NCBI GenBank assembly: GCA_934130355.1
Contig: CAKOXV010000005.1
Location: forward strand, 18,690-82,689
Length of the DNA stretch: 64,000 nucleotides
Origin: an uncultured Clostridia bacterium
Lineage (GTDB): Bacteria; Bacillota; Clostridia; TANB77; CAG-508
Reading direction: 5' to 3'
Shown piece by piece: positions 49,173 to 58,250 of this stretch (position 1 is the first letter of the stretch; every line of letters starts with the position of its first letter). The notes under the pieces are model-generated. The model saw only the letters and a program-made list of their open reading frames with translations. It had not been told where the DNA came from and did not search any database. The position numbers and the translations under genes are program-made.

Positions 49173-49521
49173 CTTGGTACTTGCAGGCATGACTCTCAGG
49201 TATATAGTGCACCAAAAGTACCAAAAATGCATTACAGATTTTGGATAAGCCAATCTTCCCACAGAAGTTCTAATTTAATAAAAAAAGCCGCTTTCACTTA
49301 GCTAAAAATTAATATTAACTATGAAGTAAAGCAAAGACCCCCGACGAAGACCCCAGCTATGTTTTTGCTACGGAATAGTTAATATTAATTTTTATCGTGA
49401 ACATCCCTCTTTTTATTAAATAAGAACTTCTAGTGTTAAGATTAGATACACAAAATCTTTCATTTATTTTCGGTACTTTTGGTGCACTATATACCAGGGA
49501 CTTATGTCTGCAAGTACCAAG
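49173..49521 (+). repeat. Approximately 350-bp structured element (copy A). Long imperfect outer stem (38 bp with an internal bubble), nested inner helices, and a conserved core of about 110 nt (49303-49410) that itself carries a 19-bp inverted repeat.
   Basis: Outer arms 49173-49222 / 49472-49521. Core is 'aaaaattaatattaactatgaagtaaagcaaagaccc..gaccccagctatgtttttgctacggaatagttaatattaattttt'. A homologous copy in the opposite orientation lies at 59753-60088. Confidence 0.8.
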
Positions 49522-49650
49522 AAAATATGGCTTAGGTTGTGTTACAATATTACAGAATTATTAAAACTATATTACAATTTCATTAAAACACTTGACAATA
49601 GACAAAAAAAGAATAAAATATTAGTATAAAAGAAAGGCTGAAAAAGCAAT

Positions 49651-50214
49651 ATGAGAATAATAAGTGGAAAAGCAAGAGGAACAAAATTATATACACTAGA
49701 GGGAGAAAACACAAGACCTACATTAGATAGAGTAAAAGAATCAGTATTTAATATAATACAAGGAGAAATAGAAGGAAAAAAAGTATTAGACTTATTTTCT
49801 GGAAGTGGGGCAATAGGTTTAGAATTTATAAGCAGAGGAGCCGAAAAAGCTGTTCTATGTGATAAATCAAAAGAAGCAGTAGATATTATAAAAAAGAATA
49901 TTGAAAAAACAAGAACTCAAGACAAAGTGCAAGTGTTTAATACAGACTTTGAAAATTGTTTAGAAAAAATAAAAAATGAACAATTTGATATAATTTATTT
50001 AGATCCACCTTATGCAACAGATTATATAGCAAGAGCATTAGCAAAACTTTTGCAGCTAAATATCATAAAAAAAGAAAGTTTAATAATCATTGAAACAGAC
50101 GATGAACAAAGAATAGAAAAAGAAATAGAAAACCTAGACATTGAAATTATTGATAAAAGAAAATATGGAAGAGCAGCAATAATATTTTTAAGTCAAAAGC
50201 ATTTAAATGCCTAG
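49651..50214 (+). CDS. rsmD: 16S rRNA (guanine966-N2)-methyltransferase RsmD.
   Basis: 'MRIISGKARG...TRPT.DRVKES.FNI'. 'DLFSGSGAIGLE'. 'LDPPY'. Confidence 0.85.
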   Translation: MRIISGKARGTKLYTLEGENTRPTLDRVKESVFNIIQGEIEGKKVLDLFSGSGAIGLEFISRGAEKAVLCDKSKEAVDIIKKNIEKTRTQDKVQVFNTDFENCLEKIKNEQFDIIYLDPPYATDYIARALAKLLQLNIIKKESLIIIETDDEQRIEKEIENLDIEIIDKRKYGRAAIIFLSQKHLNA

Positions 50215-50227
50215 AAAGGGGTAAACA

Positions 50228-50731
50228 ATGGAAATATTTACATTATTAGAAACATTAGAAGATTTATTAGAAAATAGTAAAGGTCTACCATTTACAAATA
50301 AAGCAATGGTGGATAAAGAAGAAATGCTTGAAATAATTAAAGAAATAAGAATAAAATTACCAGATGAATTAAAACAAGCTAAATGGATAAAAGAAGAAAG
50401 ACAAAGAATATTAGTTGAAGCTCAAAAAGAAGCTGATGGAATTGTAAAAGAAGCAGAAAATAGAATTATTTCTATGATAGACGAACATGAAATTACAAGA
50501 AAAGCTTATGAACAAAAAGCAGAAATCATAGAAACAGCTAATGAAATGTCAAGAGAAATTTCACAAGGTACAAAAGAATACGCGAATAATTTATTAGATA
50601 CAACAGAAAATGTTCTAACAGATACACTAGCAAAATTAGACAAGAACTTAGGAGAAGCTGTTAGATTAATGGAAATGTCTTTAGAAGATACAATAAAAAC
50701 AATTCAAAATAGTAAAAAGGAACTTCAATAA
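50228..50731 (+). CDS. Hypothetical coiled-coil protein.
   Basis: ORF with an RBS (AAAGGGG). Helical throughout. Confidence 0.5.
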   Translation: MEIFTLLETLEDLLENSKGLPFTNKAMVDKEEMLEIIKEIRIKLPDELKQAKWIKEERQRILVEAQKEADGIVKEAENRIISMIDEHEITRKAYEQKAEIIETANEMSREISQGTKEYANNLLDTTENVLTDTLAKLDKNLGEAVRLMEMSLEDTIKTIQNSKKELQ

Positions 50732-50739
50732 AAATTGGG

Positions 50740-50790
50740 GGCACCCCTTTATTTAAAAGGAGTGCTCCCTTTTTCAAGTAAGTTTATTGA
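50740..50790 (+). terminator. Rho-independent terminator.
   Basis: Stem GGGGGCAC...GTGCTCCC followed by TTTTT. Confidence 0.6.
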
Positions 50791-50812
50791 TGAAGGGATG
50801 ATGAAGTAACAA

Positions 50813-53167
50813 ATGGCAAAAAGAAAATATAAAAAAAGACAAAACCAAAAGAAAAAGCTAGACTTTGGAGTAATAATAACAATAATTTTTAGTTGTTTAA
50901 TAGCAGGTTTAATATACACTCAATCAGGGTATTTCGGAATTTTGCTTAGTGATTTCTTTGGGGGAATGTTAGGAATAATAAAATATGTAGTACCAATAGG
51001 CGCATTTGCAGTAGCAATAAAAAAGATGGCAAAAGATGATGATGGTTACTTATCTTCTAAAATAGCTCAATATACATTATTATTAATTTTTATAGCAGTA
51101 ATACTTAGTGTATATCAAATTTATAATGGTGGGATAAATATAGAACAAGGTATATCAGATATAATAAAAGATGCATATACTTTGGGTGAAAGAAACATGG
51201 GGGGAGGAGCCCTAGGAACATTAGTTGCAGTACCATTATTCAAACTATTTGGAAAAGTTGGAACAATAATTATAAGTATAGGAGTAGCAATAATATTATT
51301 TGCGGTGACATTTGGAATAGATGCTTCAGAAATAGTAAGTAATTGGACTCAAGAAATGATTGAAAAACGTAAACAAAAACATGAAGAAAGAATGTTAGCA
51401 AAAGAACAAAAAGAAGATGATGAGCCAGACCCAAGAAATGTACCACAACAAAAAGAAGCCCCAGACTTAAAAGCACAAATAAAAATAAATCTAAATGGAA
51501 GAGAACTTGAAGAAGAAAAAGGTAGAAAGAAATACAAACACGAAAAAGATGATTTAGTTCCATTAGGAATGGAAGAAAAACCAAAAATGGAACCAGATTT
51601 TATCGAAGGAAATTTATTTAAACAAGAAGAAGAAAAGAAAGAAGAAAAAGTAAAACAAGTATTACAACTTGAACATGCAGTTTCAGTAGAAGAAGATGAA
51701 CACTATGAATATCCACCAGTAGAACTATTAAGCAAGGGAAATAAAAAAGCATTAAAAGGTGGTGCAAAAGCCTTAACAGATGTAGCAACAAGATTACAAA
51801 AAACACTATATAGTTTTGGGGTTCAAGCAAAAGTTGAAAATGTTTCAGTAGGACCAGCAATAACAAGATATGAACTAAAACCAGCAGAAGGAGTTAGAGT
51901 AAGTAAAATTGCTAATTTGGCAGATGATATTGCTTTAAACTTAGCAGCAGAAACAATAAGAATAGAAGCACCAATACCTGGAAAACAAGCTGTTGGAATA
52001 GAAGTACCAAATACAGAAAAAGAAACAGTTCACTTCAGAGATGTTGTAGAAAGTGATGATTTCCAAGATGCAAAATCAAAATTAAGTGTAGCACTAGGAA
52101 AAGATGTTGCAGGAAATATGGCAATAGCAGATATAGCAAAAATGCCACATGCATTAATCGCAGGAGCAACAGGTTCAGGAAAAAGTGTATGTATTAATAC
52201 AATAATAACAAGTATAATATATAAAGCAAAACCAAGTGAAGTAAAATTTGTAATGGTTGACCCTAAAGTAGTAGAGTTATCAGTATATAATGGAATTCCA
52301 CACTTATTAATTCCAGTAGTAACAGACCCTAAAAAAGCAGCAGGAGCACTTGCATGGGCTGTACAAGAAATGGATAACAGATATAATGTATTTGCACAAA
52401 AAGGAGTAAGAGACTTAAAAGGATATAATGCATTAGCAGAAAAAGAAGAAGGAATGGGAAAACTACCACAAATAGTAATAATAATTGATGAGTTGGCAGA
52501 TTTAATGATGGTAGCTGCAAAAGAAGTAGAAGATTCAATATGTAGACTAGCACAAAAAGCAAGAGCTGCAGGAATGCACTTAATAATTGCAACTCAAAGA
52601 CCATCTGTAGACGTAATCACAGGAATAATAAAAGCAAATATACCATCAAGAATAGCATTTGCAGTATCATCACAAGTAGATTCTAGAACAATTTTAGACC
52701 AAGTAGGAGCAGAAAAACTATTAGGAAAAGGAGACATGCTATTTTATCCATCAGGAGCACCAAAACCTACGAGAGTGCAAGGTGCTTATGTATCAGATGA
52801 AGAAGTAGAAAAAATTGTATCATTTGTAAAATCAAATGGAGAAGCTACATATAGTGAAGATATATTGCAAAGTATTGAAAATAGTAACAAAACAGATAAA
52901 GAACTTGCAGCAGAAGCAGAAGGAACAGATGATGATACAGATCCATTTTTAATGGAAGCAATAGATGTCGTTGTAGAAACAGGACAAGCGTCAACATCAT
53001 TTATTCAAAGAAGATTTAAAGTTGGATATGCCAGAGCTGGAAGAATTATAGACCAAATGGAAGAAAGAGGAATAATCTCAGGCTATCAAGGAAGTAAGCC
53101 ACGTCAAGTGCTCATGTCAATGGAACGTTGGCAAGAATTAAAGATGGGAGAAAACAATGCTAATTAA
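50813..53167 (+). CDS. ftsK: DNA translocase FtsK/SpoIIIE.
   Basis: N-terminal TMs, linker, 'GATGSGKSV' Walker A, and a C-terminal gamma winged-helix domain. Confidence 0.9.
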   Translation: MAKRKYKKRQNQKKKLDFGVIITIIFSCLIAGLIYTQSGYFGILLSDFFGGMLGIIKYVVPIGAFAVAIKKMAKDDDGYLSSKIAQYTLLLIFIAVILSVYQIYNGGINIEQGISDIIKDAYTLGERNMGGGALGTLVAVPLFKLFGKVGTIIISIGVAIILFAVTFGIDASEIVSNWTQEMIEKRKQKHEERMLAKEQKEDDEPDPRNVPQQKEAPDLKAQIKINLNGRELEEEKGRKKYKHEKDDLVPLGMEEKPKMEPDFIEGNLFKQEEEKKEEKVKQVLQLEHAVSVEEDEHYEYPPVELLSKGNKKALKGGAKALTDVATRLQKTLYSFGVQAKVENVSVGPAITRYELKPAEGVRVSKIANLADDIALNLAAETIRIEAPIPGKQAVGIEVPNTEKETVHFRDVVESDDFQDAKSKLSVALGKDVAGNMAIADIAKMPHALIAGATGSGKSVCINTIITSIIYKAKPSEVKFVMVDPKVVELSVYNGIPHLLIPVVTDPKKAAGALAWAVQEMDNRYNVFAQKGVRDLKGYNALAEKEEGMGKLPQIVIIIDELADLMMVAAKEVEDSICRLAQKARAAGMHLIIATQRPSVDVITGIIKANIPSRIAFAVSSQVDSRTILDQVGAEKLLGKGDMLFYPSGAPKPTRVQGAYVSDEEVEKIVSFVKSNGEATYSEDILQSIENSNKTDKELAAEAEGTDDDTDPFLMEAIDVVVETGQASTSFIQRRFKVGYARAGRIIDQMEERGIISGYQGSKPRQVLMSMERWQELKMGENNAN

Positions 53168-54650
53168 AAAAAATCAAAATGAAGAATTGGAAAAGGTTTT
53201 AAAACAAAAAGATATAGATGAACAAGCAAAAAACCTTCTCCAAGGAATATTATATAAGATTGAAGTAGCATATAAAGATTATCAAAAGGTAAAATCTAAA
53301 AAACAAACAGAAGCAGAATATGTTGAAGAAATAATAAAAAACATAAGTAAAAAATGTGATAAAATAAAAATTGTAAAACCAACACAAAAGCTAGCTGATG
53401 AAGAAATACAAAAAGAGTTAGACAAAAACAAGTTTTATGTTGGAAAAGAAATTGTAAGTTATCCTATTGAAGAAAAAATTTTGTATGCAATAGAGAAAAA
53501 ATCACGTAATGAGAAAATATTAAACAACAAATATGGAGAAATAGCAATAACATTATCACATTTAATAAACGAGGGAAAAAACATGGACAGAATAGAAGTT
53601 CTAAGGGACTTTAATGGCTGGTCATGGACAACAATAAAAAGTGAAATTGAAAATCTTGAAGCAAACTTAATTTATCAAACATTACAAATAATGTTAGGAG
53701 AAGAATTTCTTAACAATTGGTGCGAAGATAAAGACGGAATAGTAGACTATTTAGAAGAATTTTCAGTTCAAATGAAATCACAATATGGTGAAAAAATAGC
53801 AGAAGAACAAAAAGATTTGTTAATAAAAATTTCTTTAGCAAACATGCTAAAAACAGAGCCTATGTTTTTACAAGAAATAACAGAAAAATTGCAACAAATT
53901 ACAAATCAAATTGAGAAATATGAAAATACAAAATCACGAATTGATGAATTAACAGCTCACAAAAAAGAAGCATTAAAACAAATAAATGAATTGGAAAAAG
54001 TATTAGGACAGAATTTTAGATTAAAAGAAGAATATGAAAGAGTAAATGCAAACGCAGAAATTGAGCAAAAAATATTTAATATAAAAACATTTAAAAGACA
54101 ATTAGAACAAAAGAAAGAAAAATTAAAAGAACAAATAGAAGAAGATAATTATTATTTAAATCCTTCAAATTATATAGAAGAAAAAAATAAATTATTAGAG
54201 CAAAAAGAAGAAATACAAGAAATGCTTAATATGCCAGAACAAGAAGAAAAACTTGTAAGAGAATATCTTAAAAACTTTTTAAAATGTTTTGAAATATTAA
54301 TTCAAAATGCAAAAACACAAGAAGAAATCATAAAATTAATCTATCAACTTAGGTATTTCATATTACTACCTTATAAAAACAAAAAAGTTACAAAAGATAT
54401 TATATCATTAGAAAATAAATTATTAGAAAAAGCAATAGAAAAAAAGGTAATTGTTTCATTACCTTATGAAATCATGCAACATGTATTTGAAACAAGAATA
54501 ATAATATTAGAAGATTTATATTATGAAATAACAACTAATGATAATAAAAAGTATGTACAAATATTTGATGAAAATGTAAGTGAAGATAAATTCGAAATTG
54601 CATTAACAGATAATATTAAAACAAACAAAAAGATAAAAATATTTATTTAA
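53157..54650 (+). CDS. Hypothetical coiled-coil protein whose start overlaps the ftsK stop by 11 nt (translationally coupled).
   Basis: ORF overlaps the 3' end of ftsK. No recognisable domain. Confidence 0.5.
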   Translation: MLIKKNQNEELEKVLKQKDIDEQAKNLLQGILYKIEVAYKDYQKVKSKKQTEAEYVEEIIKNISKKCDKIKIVKPTQKLADEEIQKELDKNKFYVGKEIVSYPIEEKILYAIEKKSRNEKILNNKYGEIAITLSHLINEGKNMDRIEVLRDFNGWSWTTIKSEIENLEANLIYQTLQIMLGEEFLNNWCEDKDGIVDYLEEFSVQMKSQYGEKIAEEQKDLLIKISLANMLKTEPMFLQEITEKLQQITNQIEKYENTKSRIDELTAHKKEALKQINELEKVLGQNFRLKEEYERVNANAEIEQKIFNIKTFKRQLEQKKEKLKEQIEEDNYYLNPSNYIEEKNKLLEQKEEIQEMLNMPEQEEKLVREYLKNFLKCFEILIQNAKTQEEIIKLIYQLRYFILLPYKNKKVTKDIISLENKLLEKAIEKKVIVSLPYEIMQHVFETRIIILEDLYYEITTNDNKKYVQIFDENVSEDKFEIALTDNIKTNKKIKIFI

Positions 54651-54664
54651 TAGGAGAATAGCGT

Positions 54665-56308
54665 ATGAAAATAACATTTTTAGGTGCCACCAAAATGGTA
54701 ACAGGTTCAAACTTTTTGGTAGAAGCTGCAGGCAAAAAATTCTTAGTAGATTGTGGTATGTATCAAGGAAAAGCAGAATTAGAAGAGGAAAATTACAAAC
54801 CATTTGATTATAATCCAGCAGAAATAGATTTCATGTTATTAACACATGCACATATAGACCACTCTGGAAGAATTCCTAAACTATATAATGAAGGATTTTC
54901 AGGACCAATTTATGCACATAAAGCAACATGTGATTTATGTGGAATAATGTTACCAGATAGTGGACACATTCAAGAAATGGAATCTCAATGGAAAAACAAA
55001 AAAAGATTAAGAAAAGGAGAACAAGAACTTCCACCACTATATACAGCAGAAGATGCAATAAGATGTCTAGAAATATTTACACCAGTAAAATATGATGAAA
55101 TCATAGAAATAACACCAGAAATTTATGTAAGATTTAATGATGCAGGACACATGTTAGGTTCAAGTATTATTGAAATCTGGGCAAAAGAAGATGGAAAAGA
55201 AACAAAAGCAGTATTTACAGGAGATTTAGGAAATAATGATATCCCATTACTTGCATCACCAACAATGATAGATAATTGTGATTATCTTGTAATGGAATCA
55301 ACATATGGAAGCAGACTTCATAACAGAAATGAGCAAAAAGCAGAAATATTCTTAAATGTTGTATCAGAAACGATTGATCATGGAGGAACAGTAGTAATTC
55401 CATCATTTGCAGTAGGAAGAACACAAGAAATATTATATGAATTAAACAAAATAAAAGAAACTAGAGATGACGAAGAATTTAAAAGAAAATATAAAACATT
55501 AATGAAAGCACCTGTATATGTAGACAGTCCACTTGCAATATCAGCAACAGAAGTTTTTAAACAAAATACAGATTTATTTGATGATGAAATAAAAGAAGAA
55601 ATGGAAAAAGGAGATAATCCTTTAGAATTCCCAGGCTTAAGATTTACTCAAACAGCAGATGAATCAAAAGCACTAAATGAAAGTCAAGAACCAGCAATAA
55701 TCATTTCAGCAAGTGGAATGTGTGACGTTGGAAGAATTAAACACCATCTAAAACATAATATTTGGAACCCAAATAGTACAATATTATTTGTAGGATATCA
55801 AGCAAATGGGACACTTGGATATTCAATTGTAAATGGAGCTAAAAAAGTAACAATATTTGGTGAAGAATTTGCAGTAAATGCTAGAGTTGAGTATATTGAA
55901 GGATATTCAGGACACGCTGATCAAGAATGGTTAATGAATTTTATATATTCATTTATAACAAAACCAAAACACATCTTTTTAGTACATGGCGAAGAAGATT
56001 CGCAAGAAGTATTAAGAGACAAAATTATAGAAGAAACAGGGATTGGAGTTTCTATTCCAGAATATGGTGAAACTTATGAATTAAGTGATGATTTAAAAGT
56101 TGTTAATAAAATAAAAATACAAAAGAAGATTGGAATGAAACAAGAAATTCAAGAAAGACTAAACAAATTACAACGTGAAATGAAAGAAATGGATACAATT
56201 GTTAGAGAAGACATTGAAGATACTAGTCTTAAAGAAGAAGACATCTTTAGAATAAATGAAAAGATTAAAGAACTAGAGAAAAATATAGTTAATATAATAG
56301 AAGGATAA
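54665..56308 (+). CDS. MBL-fold beta-CASP ribonuclease (RNase J / CPSF-like family).
   Basis: 'LLTHAHIDHSG' motif 2, plus later beta-CASP motifs and a C-terminal RNA-specificity region. Confidence 0.75.
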   Translation: MKITFLGATKMVTGSNFLVEAAGKKFLVDCGMYQGKAELEEENYKPFDYNPAEIDFMLLTHAHIDHSGRIPKLYNEGFSGPIYAHKATCDLCGIMLPDSGHIQEMESQWKNKKRLRKGEQELPPLYTAEDAIRCLEIFTPVKYDEIIEITPEIYVRFNDAGHMLGSSIIEIWAKEDGKETKAVFTGDLGNNDIPLLASPTMIDNCDYLVMESTYGSRLHNRNEQKAEIFLNVVSETIDHGGTVVIPSFAVGRTQEILYELNKIKETRDDEEFKRKYKTLMKAPVYVDSPLAISATEVFKQNTDLFDDEIKEEMEKGDNPLEFPGLRFTQTADESKALNESQEPAIIISASGMCDVGRIKHHLKHNIWNPNSTILFVGYQANGTLGYSIVNGAKKVTIFGEEFAVNARVEYIEGYSGHADQEWLMNFIYSFITKPKHIFLVHGEEDSQEVLRDKIIEETGIGVSIPEYGETYELSDDLKVVNKIKIQKKIGMKQEIQERLNKLQREMKEMDTIVREDIEDTSLKEEDIFRINEKIKELEKNIVNIIEG

Positions 56309-56325
56309 TAAGGAAGGACTTTAAA

Positions 56326-58218
56326 ATGGAAAAATACCTAAATGAAGCAATTATCGGAAACAAGAATATGTTAGTAACTTTTTCTGAAAATGGGGAAATG
56401 TTAAGATTATCATATCCAAATAAAGATAATAGACAATATTTAAAATATTTTCATACAGGAGTAAAAATAAACGATTCAGAACTAATAAAAATGAATGAAG
56501 ATATTAATAATAATTATGTACAATATTATGACACAGATACAAATATATTAAATACAGAAATAACAAATACATATTTCAACCTAAAAATTTTACAAACAGA
56601 CTTTGTATCAATAAAAGAAGACATCTTAATAAAAAGATATACATTCATAAATGAAAATAATATTGGTCTAGACACAAAATTTTTAATACATTCAGAACTT
56701 TTATCAGACCAAAACAATTTTGTTAGTGGAATGAGAACAGATACAGGAATGATACAATATGCTCATGACTTTTCAGTTGCAACATTTTCAAAAACACATA
56801 AAATTTTGGATGTTCAAATTAATGGAAGTTCTGAAAACATCAATTCAGGAGTTATTGGTGGAAAAGATTATATTGGAATGTCAAAAGATTCAAGTGTAAG
56901 CTATGACCTTGGAATAATAGAACCAGGAGAGAAAAAAATTCTTGAAATTTGTATATATATTGATGAAAACAAAAAAACAATGCAAGCAATAGAAGACGAA
57001 ATTGAAAGAATCAGAAAAATAGACTTAAACAAAGAATATTCAAATGTAAAATCATATTGGAGAAAATATGTAAAAGAGCATAATGGATTAGGATTAAAAG
57101 AACCAGAAAATAGTTACGAGGAAAAAATTCAAAGCATATACAGAAGAAGTATATTACTATTTCCACTATTAACAAATCAAACAACAGGAGGAATAATAGC
57201 AGCACCAGAAGTAGATGAAAATTTAACACAATGTGGAAGATATGCATATTGTTGGCCTAGAGATGCAGTATTTATTACAAAAGCATTAGACATTTTAAAA
57301 ATGACTAAAGAAACAGAAAAATTCTATAGTAATTTCTGCAGAATGACACAAAGCAAAAATGGAATGTGGGAACAACGTTTCTACACAGATGGAAGGTTAG
57401 CACCATGCTGGGGATATCAAGTTGATGAAACAGCAAGTGTAATATATGGAGTATACTCACATTACGAATATACTCAAAATGAAAAATTCTTAAAAGCCAA
57501 TTTATACATGTGTGAAAAAGCAGTAGATTTCTTAAAAAGATATGTTAAAGACATATTTGCTCAAACAGGTATTTATGCACCAAGTTATGATTTATGGGAA
57601 GAAAATGAAGGTATACATCTATATTCTTTATCAGCAATTTTCGCAGCATTTGAAGCAATGCTTAAAATATATAATGTATTAGGTGATAACCTTTCAGATT
57701 TTGAAAATAACAGACTAAAAGAAGAAAAAGTAAACAAAAATATCCGAGAAATAAAACAATTACAAGTAGAACTAAAAAAATATATTGAGGAAAATTTTTA
57801 TGATGAAAACAGAAAATCTTTTGTAAGAAATAAAGAAGATAAAAGAATAGATATAAGCTTACTTGGAGCAGTGTATCCATTTAAAGTATTTTCAACAAAA
57901 GAAAAGAAAATATTAAATACAGTAGATAATATCAATTTGACGATAAGAACATATACAGGCGGATATCAAAGATATGAATATGATGGTTATAGAAATGGAG
58001 CTCCATGGCCAATTGCAAATTTATGGCTAACATTATATTATTTAGAAAATGGAGAAAAGAAAAAAGCCAAAGAAACATTTGACTTTGTGCTAAAAACAGT
58101 TGGAAAACATAGTTATTTAGGAGAACAAGTAGATAATAAAACATTAAAACCAAATTGGGTTATTGGTTTAGGTTGGACTCATGCAATGTTTATCATTGTG
58201 CTTGAAAAAATGAGATAA
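56326..58218 (+). CDS. Glycoside hydrolase family 15-like (glucoamylase-type alpha/alpha-6 barrel) protein.
   Basis: 'CWPRDA', 'GYQVDETASVIYG', 'LWEENEG' and 'GAPWPIANLWL' resemble GH15 catalytic motifs. Confidence 0.6.
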   Translation: MEKYLNEAIIGNKNMLVTFSENGEMLRLSYPNKDNRQYLKYFHTGVKINDSELIKMNEDINNNYVQYYDTDTNILNTEITNTYFNLKILQTDFVSIKEDILIKRYTFINENNIGLDTKFLIHSELLSDQNNFVSGMRTDTGMIQYAHDFSVATFSKTHKILDVQINGSSENINSGVIGGKDYIGMSKDSSVSYDLGIIEPGEKKILEICIYIDENKKTMQAIEDEIERIRKIDLNKEYSNVKSYWRKYVKEHNGLGLKEPENSYEEKIQSIYRRSILLFPLLTNQTTGGIIAAPEVDENLTQCGRYAYCWPRDAVFITKALDILKMTKETEKFYSNFCRMTQSKNGMWEQRFYTDGRLAPCWGYQVDETASVIYGVYSHYEYTQNEKFLKANLYMCEKAVDFLKRYVKDIFAQTGIYAPSYDLWEENEGIHLYSLSAIFAAFEAMLKIYNVLGDNLSDFENNRLKEEKVNKNIREIKQLQVELKKYIEENFYDENRKSFVRNKEDKRIDISLLGAVYPFKVFSTKEKKILNTVDNINLTIRTYTGGYQRYEYDGYRNGAPWPIANLWLTLYYLENGEKKKAKETFDFVLKTVGKHSYLGEQVDNKTLKPNWVIGLGWTHAMFIIVLEKMR

Positions 58219-58221
58219 AAA

Positions 58222-58250
58222 AAGTATGCTTTTGCATACTTTTTATTTTT
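58222..58250. terminator. Bidirectional terminator between the GH15 gene (+) and murC (-).
   Basis: Stem AAAGTATGC-tttt-GCATACTTT with T-runs on both sides. Confidence 0.65.

Noticed and set aside
49173-49521. Identity of the structured element as tmRNA, 6S RNA, RNase P RNA, a group I/II intron or a retron msr/msd.
   Set aside because: There is no tRNA-like acceptor/T-arm end (tmRNA). The arms are separated by 250 nt, unlike the single long hairpin of 6S RNA. The size and motifs do not match RNase P. It is far too short for introns, with no intron ORF. There is no reverse transcriptase gene nearby for a retron.
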